A DNA stretch of 64,000 bases from Ranitomeya imitator (GCF_032444005.1 NC_091284.1:14074001-14138000), one strand, 5' to 3'. Shown: positions 32,150-44,769, counted from the first letter of the stretch. The notes: generated from the letters alone by a model not told the origin. A program made the numbers and translations.

Positions 32150-32445
32150 GGCCGGGTTCACATTGCGTTAACAGCAGCCCGTTCAATACATGCGTTAACG
32201 GGCGGCTGTTAACGCAAGTGCCGATATGTCGTATCACTAGCGCAGATAGGGCTAGCAGATGCGCTATCCGTGCTAGCAGTGACGGACGCGGAAAAGCTGC
32301 AGCCCGCGTCCCAGGTAAGGTCACTCAATGACAGCACATCTCTAGCGATGCGCCCGAAATAGAGCTAAATGGCAGCGTTAATGGACTGCGTTACACCGCG
32401 TTATGTCCGTCTAACGGACTGCTAAAATGCAATCTGAACCTAGCC
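32150..32445. mobile_element. MITE related to the 25.2-kb copy
   Basis: GGCCGGGTTCACATTGCG...GCAATCTGAACCTAGCC. Confidence 0.65.
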
Positions 32446-33055
32446 CTAGTCTTTGGTCACGACCACACACCTCCCCTTCGGTGAATCATAACAGGGATAG
32501 TCAGTGATGTGGCTAGTTCCTTCACAAAACTATGGGCTCCCCAACTTTCATATTTTCAACCCTGGGAGGTCCCAGGTGGGAGATATTATGGTCATGTTTC
32601 ATTATTATTATTATATCATCTATCCATAGAGAGGAAACCTGGTATGGATAGCATCATCCATCTGACAGATATTTCTTTGGAGGTGCTGCCACGAGTGCCA
32701 TGTGTTGTAAGACAATGTCTATACAGTTCATAAAATTTCAAAAATGAATACTGGATCTTTAACTCAGGCAGTCTGCTTGTATTTGTGGTCACAGTGAGGC
32801 CAAGGGTGATATTGGTGGGGGGGGCGCCCTAAGTCCGTCATCTCACAAATGCCTCTGTCAGCGGTGCCTGATCTGCAATCCATCACATAAACAACTTTAA
32901 TTACTTTTCACAGCAGGGGGGTCCCCACTGCATAGGGGTCATGTAGAAGTTACAAGAGTGAGGTCCTTGAGGTTCACTATGATAACTGTGAGACTCCTTT
33001 AGATTTTGCAAATACATCTCTGACCAGGATAAAACAGTTCTGCAGCAGCACTTAC

Positions 33056-33144
33056 GTCTGGGGCGTGGTGAGACCCGTGCGGTTGGTGTCCTGGACCCGC
33101 AGAGGCTGCAGGGACTGCCTGCTAGAGACCGAGCTCTTCCGCAT
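33056..33144 (-). CDS. NDC80: NDC80 exon 2 (start codon)
   Basis: ctgcag|GAACC ATG...; MRKSSVSSRQSLQPLRVQDTNRTGLTTPQT; donor gtaagt. Confidence 0.93.
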
Positions 33145-33224
33145 GGTTCCTGCAGAAAGAAGAGAGAACATCAACGATCTGAAAACTGGAGGAGGGGAGA
33201 GGCCAAGAATAGAGGGTCAGCTCC

Positions 33225-36200
33225 CGGCGGACTCCTCACTACCAGGGGGCAGCTCCCGGCCCCGCTCCCTCCCGGGCCCCTCACTATCAGGGGGCAGCTC
33301 CCGACCCCGCTCCCTCCCGGCTCCTCACTATCAGGGGGCAGCTCCCGGCTCCGCTCCCTCCCGGGCTCCTCACTATCAGGGGGCAGCTCCCGGCCCGCAT
33401 CCTCCCAGCTCCTCACTATCAGGGGGCAGCTCCCTCCCCCGCTCCCTCCCGGCCACTCACTATAAGGGGGCAGCTCACGGCCCCGATCCCTCCCGGGCTC
33501 CTCACTATCAGGGGGCAGCTCCCGGCCCAGCTCCTATCAGGGGGAAGCTCCCGGCCCCGCTCCCTCCCAGCTCCTCACTATCAGGGGGCAGCTCCCTCCC
33601 CCGCTCCCTCCCGGCCCCTCACTATCAGGGGGCAGCTCCAGGCCCCGCTCCCTCCCGGCTCCTCACTATCAGGGGGCAGCTCCCGGCCCCGCTCCCTCCC
33701 GGGCTCCTCACTATCAGGGGGCAGCTCCCGGCCCCGCTCCCTCCCGGGCTCCTCACTATCAGGGGGCAGCTCCCGGCCCCGCTCCCTCCCGGGCTCCTCA
33801 CTATCGGGGGGCAGCTCCAGGCCCCGCTCCCTCCCGGCTCCTCACTATCAGGGGGCAGCTCCCGGCCCCGCTCCCTCCCGGGCTCCTCACTATCAGGGGG
33901 CAGCTCCCGGCCCCGCTCCCTCCCGGGCTCCTCACTATCAGGGGGCAGCTCCCGGCTCCGCTCCCTCCCGGCTCCTCACTATCAGGGGGCAGCTCCCTCC
34001 CAACCCGCTCCCTCCGGGCTCCTCACTATCAGGCGGCAGCTCCCGGCCCCGCTCCCGGCTCCTCACTATCAGGGGGCAGCTCCCGGCTCCTCACTATCAG
34101 GGGGCAGCTCCCGGCTCCGCTCCCTCTGGCTCCTCACTATCAGGGGGCAGCTCCCGGCCCCGCTCCCTCCCGGCTCCTCACTATCACGGGGCAGCTCCCG
34201 GCCCCGCTCCCTCCCGGCTCCTCACTATCAGGGGGCAGCTCCCGGCCACGCTCCCTCTGGCTCCTCACTATCAGGGGGCAGCTCCCGGCCCAGCTCCCTC
34301 CCGGCTCCTCACTATCAGGGGGCAGCTCCCGGCCCCGCTCCTCACTATCAGGGGGCAGCTCCCGGCTCCGCTCCCTCTGGCTCCTCACTATCAGGGGGCA
34401 GCTCCCGGCCCCGCTCCCTCCCGGCTCCTCACTATCAGGGGGCAGCTCCCGGCCCCGCTCCCTCCCGGCTCCTCACTATCAGGGAGCAGCTCACGGCTCC
34501 GCTCCCTCTGGCTCCTCACTATCAGGGGGCAGCTCCCTCCCCCGCTCCCTCCAGGCCCCTCACTATCAGGGGGCAGCTCTCTCCCCGCTCCCTCCCGGCT
34601 CCTCACTATCAGGGGGGCAGCTCCCGGCCCCGCTCCCTCCCGGACTCCTCATTATCAGGGGGCAGCTCCCGGCCCTGCTCCCTCCCGGCTCCTCACTATC
34701 AGGGGGCAGCTCCCGGCCCCGCTCCCTCCCGGGCTCCTCACTATCAGGGGGCAGCTCCCGACCCCGCTCCCTCCCGGGCTCCTCACTATCAGGGGGCAGC
34801 TCCCGGCCCCGCTCCCTCCCGGGCTCCTCACTATCAGGGGGCAGCTCCCGGCCCCGCTCCCTCCCAGCTCCTCACTATCAGGGGGCAGCTCCCGGCCCGC
34901 ACCCTCCCGGCTCCTCACTATCAGGGGGCAGCTCCCTCCCCCGCTCCCTCCCGGCTCCTCACTATCAGGGGGCAGCTCCCAGCCCCGCTCCCTCCCGGGC
35001 TCCTCACTATCAGGGGGCAGCTCCCGGCTCCACTCCCTCCCGGCTCCTCACTATCAGGGGGCAGCTCCCGTCCCCGCTACCTCCCGCCCCGCTCCCTCCG
35101 GGCTCCTCACTATCAGGCGGCAGCTCCCGGCCCCGCTCCCTCTGGCTCCTCACTATCAGGGGGCAGCTCCCGGCTCCGCTCCCTCTGGCTCCTCACTATC
35201 AGGGGGCAGCTCCCGGCCCCGCTCCCTCCCGGCTCCTCACTATCAGGGGGCAGCTCCCGGCCCCGATCCTTCCCGGCTCCTCACTATCAGGGGGCAGCTC
35301 CCGGCCCCTCTCCCTCCTCACTACCAGGGGGCAGCTCCCAGCCCCGCTCCATCCGGGCTCCTCACTATCAGGGAGCAGCTCCCAGCTCCGCTCCCTCTGG
35401 CTCCTCACTATCAGGGGGCAGCTCCCGACCCCGCTCCCTCCGGGCTCCTCACTATCAGGGGGCAGCTCCCGGCTCCGCTCCCGGCTCCTCACTACCAGGG
35501 GGCATCTCCCAGCCCCGCTCCATCCGGGCTCCTCACTATCAGGGGGCAGCTCCCGGCCCCGCTCCCTCCCGGCTCCTCTCTATCAGGCGGCAGCTCCTGG
35601 CCCAGCTCCCTCCGGGCTCCTCATTATCAGGGGGCAGCTCCCTCCCCCGCTCCCTCCCGGCCCCTCACTATCAGGGGGCAGCTCTCTCCCCAGCTCCCTC
35701 CCGGCTCCTCACTATCAGGGGGCAGCTCCCGGCCCCGCTCCCTCCCGGGCTCCTCACTATCAGGGGGCAGCTCCCGGCCCCGCTCCCTCCCGGCTCCTCA
35801 CTTTCAGGGGGCAGCTCCCGGCCCCGCTCCATCCCGGGCTCCTCACTATCAGGGGGCAGCTCCCGGCCCCTCTCCCTCCTCACTACCAGGGGGCAGCTCC
35901 CAGCCCTGCTCCCTCCCGGCTCCTCCCTATCAGGGGGCAGCTCCCGGCCCCGCTCCCTCCCGGCTCCTCACTATCAGGGGGCAGCTCCCAGCTCCGCTCC
36001 CTCTGGCTCCTCACTATCAGGGGGCAGCTCCTGACCCCGCTCCCTCCAGGCTCCTCACTATCAGGGGGCAGCTCCCGGCCCCGCTCCCTCCCGGCTCCTC
36101 ACTATCAGGGGGCAGCTCCCGGCTCCGCTCCCTCCGGGCTCCTCACTATCAGGGGGCAGCTCCCGGCTCCGCTCCCTCCGGGCTCCTCACTATCAGGGGG

Positions 36201-38400
36201 AAGCTCCCGGCCCCGCTCCCTCCCGGACTCATCACTATCAGGGGGCAGCTCCCATGCCCCGCTCCCTCCCGGCTCCTCACTATCAGGTGGCAGCTCCCGG
36301 CCCCGCTCCCTCCCGGGCTCCTCACTATCAGGGGGCAGCTCCCGGCCCCGCTCCCTCCCGGCTCCTCACTATCAGGGGGCAGCTCCCGGCTCCGCTCCCT
36401 CCTCCTCACTATCAGGGGGCAGCTCCCATCCCCGCTCCTCACTATCAGGGGGCAGCTCCTGGCCCCGCTCCCTCCCGGCTCCTCACTATCAGGGGGCAGC
36501 TCCTGGCCCCGCTCCCTCCCGGCTCCTCACTATCAGGGGGCAGCTCCCGGCTCCGCTCCCTCCTCCTCACTATCAGGGGGCAGCTCCCATCCCCGCTCCC
36601 TCTGGCTCCTCACTATCAGGGGGCAGCTCCCGGCCCCGCTCCCTCTGGCTCCTCACTATCAGGGGGCAGCTCCCGGCCCCGCTCCCTCCCGGCTCCTCAC
36701 TATCAGGGGGCAGCTCCTGGCCCCGCTCCCTCCCGGCTCCTCACTATCAGGGGGCAGCTCCCGGCTCCGCTCCCTCCTCCTCACTATCAGGGGGCAGCTC
36801 CCATCCCCGCTCCCTCTGGCTCCTCACTATCAGGGGGCAGCTCCCGGCCCCGCTCCCTCCCGGCTCCTCACTATCAGGGGGCAGCTCCCGGCCCCGCTCC
36901 CTCCCGGCTCCTCACTATCAGGGAGCAGCTCCCGGCTCTGCTCCCCCCCGGCTCCTCACTATCAGGGGGCAGCTCCCGGCCACGCTCCATCCGGGCTCCT
37001 CACTATCAGGGGGCAGCTCCCGGCTCCTCACTATCAGGGGGCAGCTCCCGGCTCCGCTCCCCCCCGGCTCCTCACTATCAGGGGGCAGCTCCCGGCTCCG
37101 CTCCCTCCCGGCTCCTCACTATCAGGGGGCAGCTCCCGGCCACGCTCCATCCGGGCTCCTCACTATCAGGGGGCAGCTCCCGGCTCCGCTCCCCCCCGGC
37201 TCCTCACTACCAGGGGGCAGCTCCTGGCCACGCTCCCTCCCGGCTCCTCACTATCAGGCGGCAGCTCCCGGCTCCGCTCCCTCCCGGCTCCTCACTATCA
37301 GGGGGCAGCTCCCGGCTCCGCTCCCCCCCGGCTCCTCACTATCAGGGGGCAGCTCCCGGCTCCGCTCCCCCCCGGCTCCTCACTATCAGGGGGCAGCTCC
37401 CGGCTCCGCTCCCCCCCGGCTCCTCACTATCAGGGGGCAGCTCCCGGCTCCGCTCCCCCCCGGCTCCTCACTATCAGGGGGCAGCTCCCGGCTCCGAACT
37501 ATCAGGGGGCAGCTCCCGGCCCCGTTCCCTCCCGGCTCCTCACTATCAGGGGGCAGCTCCCTCGCTCCCCCCCGGCTCCTCACTATCAGGGGGCAGCTCC
37601 CTCGCTCCCCCCCGGCTCCTCACTATCAGGGGGCAGCTCCCGGCTCCGCTCCCCCCCGGCTCCTCACTACCAGGGGGCAGCTCCTGGCCACGCTCCCTCC
37701 CGGCTCCTCACTATCAGGCGGCAGCTCCCGGCTCCGCTCCCTCCCGGCTCCTCACTATCAGGGGGCAGCTCCCGGCTCCGCTCCCCCCCGGCTCCTCACT
37801 ATCAGGGGGCAGCTCCCGGCTCCTCACTATCAGGGGGCAGCTCCCGGCCCCGTTCCCTCCCGGCTCCTCACTATCAGGGGGCAGCTCCCTCGCTCCCCCC
37901 CGGCTCCTCACTATCAGGGGGCAGCTCCCTCGCTCCCCCCCGGCTCCTCACTATCAGGGGGCAGCTCCCGGCTCCGCTCCCCCCCGGCTCCTCACTACCA
38001 GGGGGCAGCTCCTGGCCACGCTCCCTCCCGGCTCCTCACTATCAGGCGGCAGCTCCCGGCTCCGCTCCCCCCCGGCTCCTCACTATCAGGGGGCAGCTCC
38101 CGGCTCCGCTCCCCCCCGGCTCCTCACTATCAGGGGGCAGCTCCCGGCTCCGCTCCCCCCCGGCTCCTCACTATCAGGGGGCAGCTCCCGGCTCCGCTCC
38201 CCCCCGGCTCCTCACTATCAGGGGGCAGCTCCCGGCCCCGCTCCCTCCGGCTCCTCACTATCAGGGGGCAGCTCCCGGCTCCTCACTATCAGGGGGCAGC
38301 TCCCGGCTCCTCACTATCAGGGGGCAGCTCCCGGCTCCGCTCCCCCCCGGCTCCTCACTATCAGGGGGAAGCTCCCGGCTCCGCACCCTCCCGGCTCCGC
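33225..38400. repeat. 44-45-bp C-rich minisatellite, roughly 115 units, NDC80 intron 1
   Basis: Unit GGCTCCTCACTATCAGGGGGCAGCTCCCGGCCCCGCTCCCTCCC with 29-bp deletion variants; degenerate tail to ~38660. Confidence 0.97.
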
Positions 38401-38673
38401 TCCCTCCCGGCCCCGCTCCCTCCCGGCTCCCCTTCTCCCGGCTCCGCTCCCTCCCGGCTCCGCTCCCTTCCTTCCTTCCTCCCGGCTCCGCTCCCTCCCC
38501 CGGCTCCGCTCCCTCCCGGCTCCGCTCCCTTCCTTCCTCCCGGCTCCGCTCCCTCCCGTCTCCGCTTCCTCCCGGCTCCGCTCCCTCTCCCGGCTTCCTT
38601 CCTTCCTTCCTTCCTCCCGGCTCCGCTCTCTCCCGGCTCCCTTCCTTCCTTCCTTCCTTTCTCCCGTTCTCAC

Positions 38674-38735
38674 CGTCGCTGTTTCTGTCTTTTTCTTTAT
38701 TTCGTCGTTTCCAGCAGTTAATTTTAAACTGAGGC
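38674..38735 (-). other. NDC80: NDC80 non-coding exon 1 (5' end approximate)
   Basis: Donor GACG|GTGAGA at 38674/38673. Exon 2 has an acceptor just upstream of its ATG, so an upstream exon is required. Confidence 0.7.
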
Positions 38736-38875
38736 GCCGCGCGGTCACGTGGTGTTTGACGTTGGATCACGTGCCGTCGCTTGACATTGACATGGTGGGA
38801 GAGGTCCACTTCCTGTTTACCGGCGCCATATTGGTGCTCCCGGAAGTTGTTTCTTGAAGACGGTAAGATGGCGGA
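38720..38875. promoter_or_regulatory. Bidirectional CpG-rich promoter shared by NDC80 and TAF13
   Basis: CHR-like TTTAAA 38723-28 next to GGCGCC; E-boxes TCACGTG (~38745, ~38767); ETS CACTTCCTG and CCGGAAGT; ATTGG 38830-34; YY1 AAGATGGCGG 38865-74. Confidence 0.8.
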
Positions 38876-38894
38876 TGAGGACGAAGATCAGCCG
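38868..38894 (+). CDS. TAF13: TAF13 exon 1
   Basis: MADEDEDQP|gtgagc; 27 nt. Confidence 0.92.
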
Positions 38895-39048
38895 GTGAGC
38901 GGAATAATGGGGTGACAATGTTTGTTTCTTGTGTTTCTGTTTGGGGGAGGTCCGTCTGTAGAACCATAAGTCCCAGCATGTCTCCTCCCTCGGTTTTCTG
39001 CACGTCCCGTGATTGTTTTCTTCTGACTTCTAATCACTTTCTTTGTAG

Positions 39049-39127
39049 TTTGAGGAGGAGACTGACGACCCGGCGGGAGGAGCGGAGGGCGGCGGAGGAC
39101 GCAGGAAGCGGCTGTTCTCCAAAGAGC
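39049..39127 (+). CDS. TAF13: TAF13 exon 2
   Basis: FEEETDDPAGGAEGGGGRRKRLFSKE; 79 nt; tgtag/gtaagt. Confidence 0.95.
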
Positions 39128-39424
39128 GTAAGTGCCACTGTCCGCCGTGTCCCCCGTCCTCTGCTGGATGGGGGCGCTGAGAACTACAACTCCCAGCATG
39201 CTCCTGTGTGGTAATGCTTTATGGCAGTGCTGTGAGACCGGTCACCTGTATTCCCAGCGCTGCCATAAAGCACAGACCGGGGCTGGTCCTGCTCTGAGGC
39301 GCGGGGTCCGGCCGTGCTGGGAGTTGTAGTTCCCCCAGCTGGTGGTGTAGACCCCATGTTGTGTATCCTGCCTGTATCCGTAGAGCCGGAGCCTCCACCG
39401 CTCACCGCCGTCTCTTCTCCGCAG

Positions 39425-39522
39425 TGCGGTGTATGATGTACGGCTTCGGGGACGATCAGAATCCCTACACCGAGTCCGTGGACATCCTGGAAGATCTGGT
39501 GATCGAGTTCATCACAGAGATG
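39425..39522 (+). CDS. TAF13: TAF13 exon 3
   Basis: RCMMYGFGDDQNPYTESVDILEDLVIEFITEM (histone fold); 98 nt. Confidence 0.98.
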
Positions 39523-39609
39523 GTGAGGACACGGCTGATGGCGGGGTGCGGAGCTCGGCAGATGGGGGGGGCCGCGGGGTGCGGAGCTCAGCAGATGGGG
39601 GGCCACGGG

Positions 39610-41093
39610 GGTCAGCTGTGTTGGCGGGTGCAGAGTATTCTGGGGGTGAGCTGTGCTGGTGGGTGCAGAGTATTCTGGGGGTGAGCTGTGCTGGCGGGTG
39701 CAGAGCATTCTGGGGGTGAGCTGTGCTGGCGGGTGCAGAGTATTCTGGGGGTGAGCTGTGCTGGTGGGTGCAGAGCATTCTGGGGGTGAGCTGTGCTGGC
39801 GGGTGCAGAGCATTCTGGGGGTGAGCTGTGCTGGTGGGTGCAGAGTATTCTGGGGGTGAGCTGTGCTGGTGGGTGCAGAGCATTCTGGGGGTGAGCTGTG
39901 CTGGCGGGTGCAGAGCATTCTGGGGGTGAGCTGTACTGGCGGGTGCAGAGCATTCTGGGGGTGAGCTGTGCTGGCGGGTGCAGAGCATTCTGGGGGTGAG
40001 CTGTGCTGGCGGGTGCAGAGCATTCTTGAGGTGAGCTGTGCTGGTGGGTGCAGAGCATTCTGGGGGTGAGCTGTGCTGGCGGGTGCAGAGCATTCTGGGG
40101 GTGAGCTGTGCTGGCGGGTGCAGAGCATTCTGGGGGTGAGCTGTGCTGGCGGGTGCAGAGCATTCTGGGGGTGAGCTGTGCTGGCGGGTGCAGAGCATTC
40201 TGGGGGTGAGCTGTGCTGGCGGGTGCAGAGCATTCTGGGGGTGAGCTGTGCTATCGGGTGCAGAGCATTCTGGGGGTGAGCTGTGCTGGCGGGTGCAGAG
40301 CATTCTGGGGGTGAGCTGTGCTGGTGGGTGCAGAGCATTCTGGGGGTGAGCTGTGCTGGCGGGTGCAGAGCATTCTGGGGGTGAGCTGTGCTGGCGGGTG
40401 CAGAGCATTCTGGGGGTGAGCTGTGCTGGCGGGTGCAGAGCATTCTGGGGGTGAGCTGTGCTGGCGGGTGCAGAGCATTCTGGGGGTGAGCTGTGCTGGC
40501 GGGTGCAGAGCATTCTGGGGGTGAGCTGTGCTGGCGGGTGCAGAGCATTCTTGAGGTGAGCTGTGCTGGCGGGTGCAGAGCATTCTGGGGGTGAGCTGTC
40601 CTGGTGGGTGCAGAGCATTTTGGGGGTGAGCTGTGCTGGCGGATGCAGAGCATTCTGGGGGTGAGCTGTGCTGGCGGGTGCAGAGCATTCTGGGGGTGAG
40701 CTGTCCTGGCGGGTGCAGAGCATTCTGGGGGTGAGCTGTCCTGGCGGGTGCAGAGCATTCTGGGGGTGAGCTGTCCTGGCGGGTGCAGAGCATTCTGGGG
40801 GTGAGCTGTCCTGGCGGGTGCAGAGCATTCTGGGGGTGAGCTGTGCTGGCGGGTGCAGAGCATTCTGGGGGTGAGCTGTTCTGGCGGGTGCAGAGCATTC
40901 TGGGGGTGAGCTGTGCTGGCGGGTGCAGAGCATTCTGGGGGTGAGCTGTGCTGGCGGGTGCAGAGCATTCTGGGGGTGAGCTGTGCTGGCGGGTGCAGAG
41001 CATTCTGGGGGTGAGCTGTGCTGGCGGATGCAGAGCATTCTGGGGGTGAGCTGTGCTGGCGGATGCAGAGCATTCTGGGGGTGAGCTGTGCTG
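39610..41093. repeat. 35-bp minisatellite, about 42 copies, TAF13 intron 3
   Basis: Unit GGGTGCAGAGCATTCTGGGGGTGAGCTGTGCTGGC. Confidence 0.97.
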
Positions 41094-41714
41094 ACATTTA
41101 TCAATAACCCGTGGCTCCTGGCGGCTTTCTGCCACCTGCGCGGGTGGAGGCGACGTCTGCGGAGCGCGCAGTGCCGCTTCCTCACCTGCCTGTAGTGATG
41201 TTACTGAGGCCTCCTGTAGATTCCGGCTCCATGTAGAATATGACTGAATCATCCAGATTTGTGTCTGTTCCCTGTGGGGTGCGCAGTGTACGGGGGGTAA
41301 TGAGACCTGGGGGCATCTACATACACAGTGCGACTCGTACACACCGGGGCCGTTCTCCAGGGCCGGACTGGGACTAACATTCATCCTTGGCATTTGCAGT
41401 CACACAGGCCCACGTGTGACTGTTTAATATCTGTGCAGACTTGTAGGTTATAAGAAGTGAGGGGAACACGACTATATAACATATAATCACCGCTGTATCC
41501 AGCATTACAGCACAGCCCCCATAGAATGTAATGCAGCTCAGTGATATTTATGGCTTTTAGTACCAAGAAAAGCCGCTACTTTACCTCCATAACTGGATCT
41601 CGTAGATAATGAAGGATTGTGGAACCTCATTCTGATGCTCCATACACTTTGCCTACAGCCACTGTTGGTTCCGCTGCGCAGCACGAGACCCGGTGACTCT
41701 GAAGAGCGGAGACA

Positions 41715-44010
41715 TCAATAGAATGTAATACAGCAACCCCCCCCCCCCCCCGTAGAATGTAATACAGCCCCCCCGTAGAATGTAATACAGCCCCCCCGTA
41801 GAATGTAATACAGCCCCCCCCGTAGAATGTAATACAGCCCCCCCGTAGAATGTAATACAGCCCCCCCGTAGAATGTAATACAGCCCCCCCGTAGAATGTA
41901 ATACAGCCCCCCCCGTAGAATGTAATACAGCCCCCTCGTAGAATGTAATACAGCCCCCCCGTAGAATGTAATACAGCCCCCCCGTAGAATGTAATACAGC
42001 CCCCCCGTAGAATGTAATACAGCCCCCCCGTAGAATGTAATACAGCCCCCCCCGTAGAATGTAATACAGCCCCCCCGTAGAATGTAATACAGCCCCCCCG
42101 TAGAATGTAATACAGCCCCCCCGTAGAATGTAATACAGCCCCCCCGTAGAATGTAATACAGCCCCCCCGTAGAATGTAATGCAGCCCCCCCGTAGAATGT
42201 AATGCAGCCCCCCCGTAGAATGTAATGCAGCCCCCCCGTAGAATGTAATGCAGCCCCACCGTAGAATGTAATGCAGCCCCCCCGTAGAATGTAATGCAGC
42301 CCCCCCGTAGAATGTAATGCAGCCCCCCCGTAGAATGTAATGCAGCCCCCCCGTAGAATGTAATGCAGCCCCCCCGTAGAATGTAATGCAGCCCCCCCGT
42401 AGAATGTAATGCAGCCCCCCCGTAGAATGTAATGCAGCCCCCCCGTAGAATGTAATGCAGCCCCCCCGTAGAATGTAATGCAGCCCCCCCGTAGAATGTA
42501 ATGCAGCCCCCCCGTAGAATGTAATGCAGCCCCCCCGTAGAATGTAATGCAGCCCCCCCGTAGAATGTAATGCAGCCCCCCCGTAGAATGTAATGCAGCC
42601 CCCCCGTAGAATGTAATGCAGCCCCCCCGTAGAATGTAATGCAGCCCCCCCGTAGAATGTAATGCAGCCCCCCCGTAGAATGTAATGCAGCCCCCCCGTA
42701 GAATGTAATGCAGCCCCCCCGTAGAATGTAATGCAGCCCCCCGTAGAATGTAATGCAGCCCCCCCGTAGAATGTAATGCAGCCCCCCCGTAGAATGTAAT
42801 GCAGCCCCCCCGTAGAATGTAATGCAGCCCCCCCCGTAGAATGTAATGCAGCCCCCCCGTAGAATGTAATGCAGCCCCCCCGTAGAATGTAATGCAGCCC
42901 CCCCGTAGAATGTAATGCAGCCCCCCCGTAGAATGTAATGCAGCCCCCCCCGTAGAATGTAATGCAGCCCCCCCCGTAGAATGTAATGCAGCCCCCCCGT
43001 AGAATGTAATGCAGCCCCCCCGTAGAATGTAATGCAGCCCCCCCCGTAGAATGTAATGCAGCCCCCCCCGTAGAATGTAATGCAGCCCCCCCGTAGAATG
43101 TAATGCAGCCCCCCCGTAGAATGTAATGCAGCCCCCCCGTAGAATGTAATGCAGCCCCCCGTAGAATGTAATGCAGCCCCCCGTAGAATGTAATGCAGCC
43201 CCCCGTAGAATGTAATGCAGCCCCCCCGTAGAATGTAATGCAGCCCCCCCGTAGAATGTAATGCAGCCCCCCCGTAGAATGTAATGCAGCCCCCCCGTAG
43301 AATGTAATGCAGCCCCCCCGTAGAATGTAATGCAGCCCCCCCGTAGAATGTAATGCAGCCCCCCCGTAGAATGTAATGCAGCCCCCCCGTAGAATGTAAT
43401 GCAGCCCCCCCGTAGAATGTAATGCAGCCCCCCCGTAGAATGTAATGCAGCCCCCCCGTAGAATGTAATGCAGCCCCCCCGTAGAATGTAATGCAGCCCC
43501 CCCGTAGAATGTAATGCAGCCCCCCCGTAGAATGTAATGCAGCCCCCCCCCCGTAGAATGTAATGCAGCCCCCCCCCCCGTAGAATGTAATGCAGCCCCC
43601 CCCCCGTAGAATGTAATGCAGCCCCCCCACGTAGAATGTAATGCAGCCCCCCCGTGGAATGTAATGCAGCCCCCCCCCCCCGTAGAATGTATTGCAGCCC
43701 CCCCCGTAGAATGTAATGCAGCCCCCCCCCCCCCGTAGAATGTAATGCAGCCCCCCCACGTAGAATGTAATGCAGCCCCCCCGTGGAATGTAATGCAGCC
43801 CCCCCCCCCGTAGAATGTATTGCAGCCCCCCCCCCGTAGAATGTAATGCAGCCCCCCCCCCCCCCCGTAGAATGTAATGCAGCCCCCCCACGTAGAATGC
43901 AATGCAGCCCCCCCGTGGAATGTAATGCAGCCCCCCCCCCCCGTAGAATGTAATGCAGCCCCCCCCGTAGAATGTAATGCAGCCCCCCCCCCCCGTAGAA
44001 TGTAGCCCCC
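41715..44010. repeat. ~23-bp minisatellite with variable C-run, TAF13 intron 3
   Basis: Unit CCCCCCCGTAGAATGTAAT(G/A)CAG. Confidence 0.97.
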
Positions 44011-44596
44011 CCCATAGCCCCATGATCCAGTTATCACTCATTGATATACTGATTAAACCCCCACTCTCCTCACCTCTCTTCTCCTCTCATCCTCGTGCTC
44101 CCGGCTCCGGTCTCGGTGGCTGCAGTCTGCCCGGTACACAGCAGGTACGTGGTGATATGACGTCATCGCGCACCCGCAGTGTCAGAGGCAGAGCAGGGAA
44201 TGATGGGAGAGGGAGCGACAGCGGACGCTCTCTCCTCCATCATTGCATTCAACTAGTAGAAAATAGTTGAAATAGTTGAATGTGGCGGCGCTGGTGGGGG
44301 GGGAGTCGGCCCAGTGGCAAAGCGTGCGGGGACCGAGCGGCCCACTACTGGCACCGACCTTCTGGCATTTGCCAGAAGTGCCCGATGGCCAGTCTGCTGT
44401 CCTCAGTGCTGCGCCCCTGCTGCTGTTGTGGCATTTAGGAAGCATAAGAAGAGCCTGGATTTCGGGCGCAGGAGCGAGGAGCGGTCTCTGGCACTGAGGG
44501 GGCGCAGGGCGATGATGGACCGTGATGCTCAGTGCTGGGGGTGGAGGTCTCCGCAGCAGCCGCTTCTGTCTCCTGATTCTACTCTTCTTCTTCCAG

Positions 44597-44767
44597 ACCC
44601 ATAAAGCCATGTCTATCGGGCGGCAGGGCCGGGTGCAGGTGGAGGACATCGTCTTCCTGATCCGGAAGGACCCGCGCAAGTTCGCAAGAGTGAAGGATCT
44701 ACTGACCATGAATGAGGAGCTGAAGAGGGCGAGGAAGGCCTTCGACGAAGCCAATTATGGCTCCTAG
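44597..44767 (+). CDS. TAF13: TAF13 exon 4 (stop TAG); total 124 aa
   Basis: THKAMSIGRQGRVQVEDIVFLIRKDPRKFARVKDLLTMNEELKRARKAFDEANYGS*. Confidence 0.98.
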   Translation, partial: THKAMSIGRQGRVQVEDIVFLIRKDPRKFARVKDLLTMNEELKRARKAFDEANYGS

Positions 44768-44769
44768 TG

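Noticed and set aside
33065-38857. 989-aa and 867-aa ORFs
   Set aside because: Translations of a stop-free minisatellite in NDC80 intron 1, antisense to the gene.
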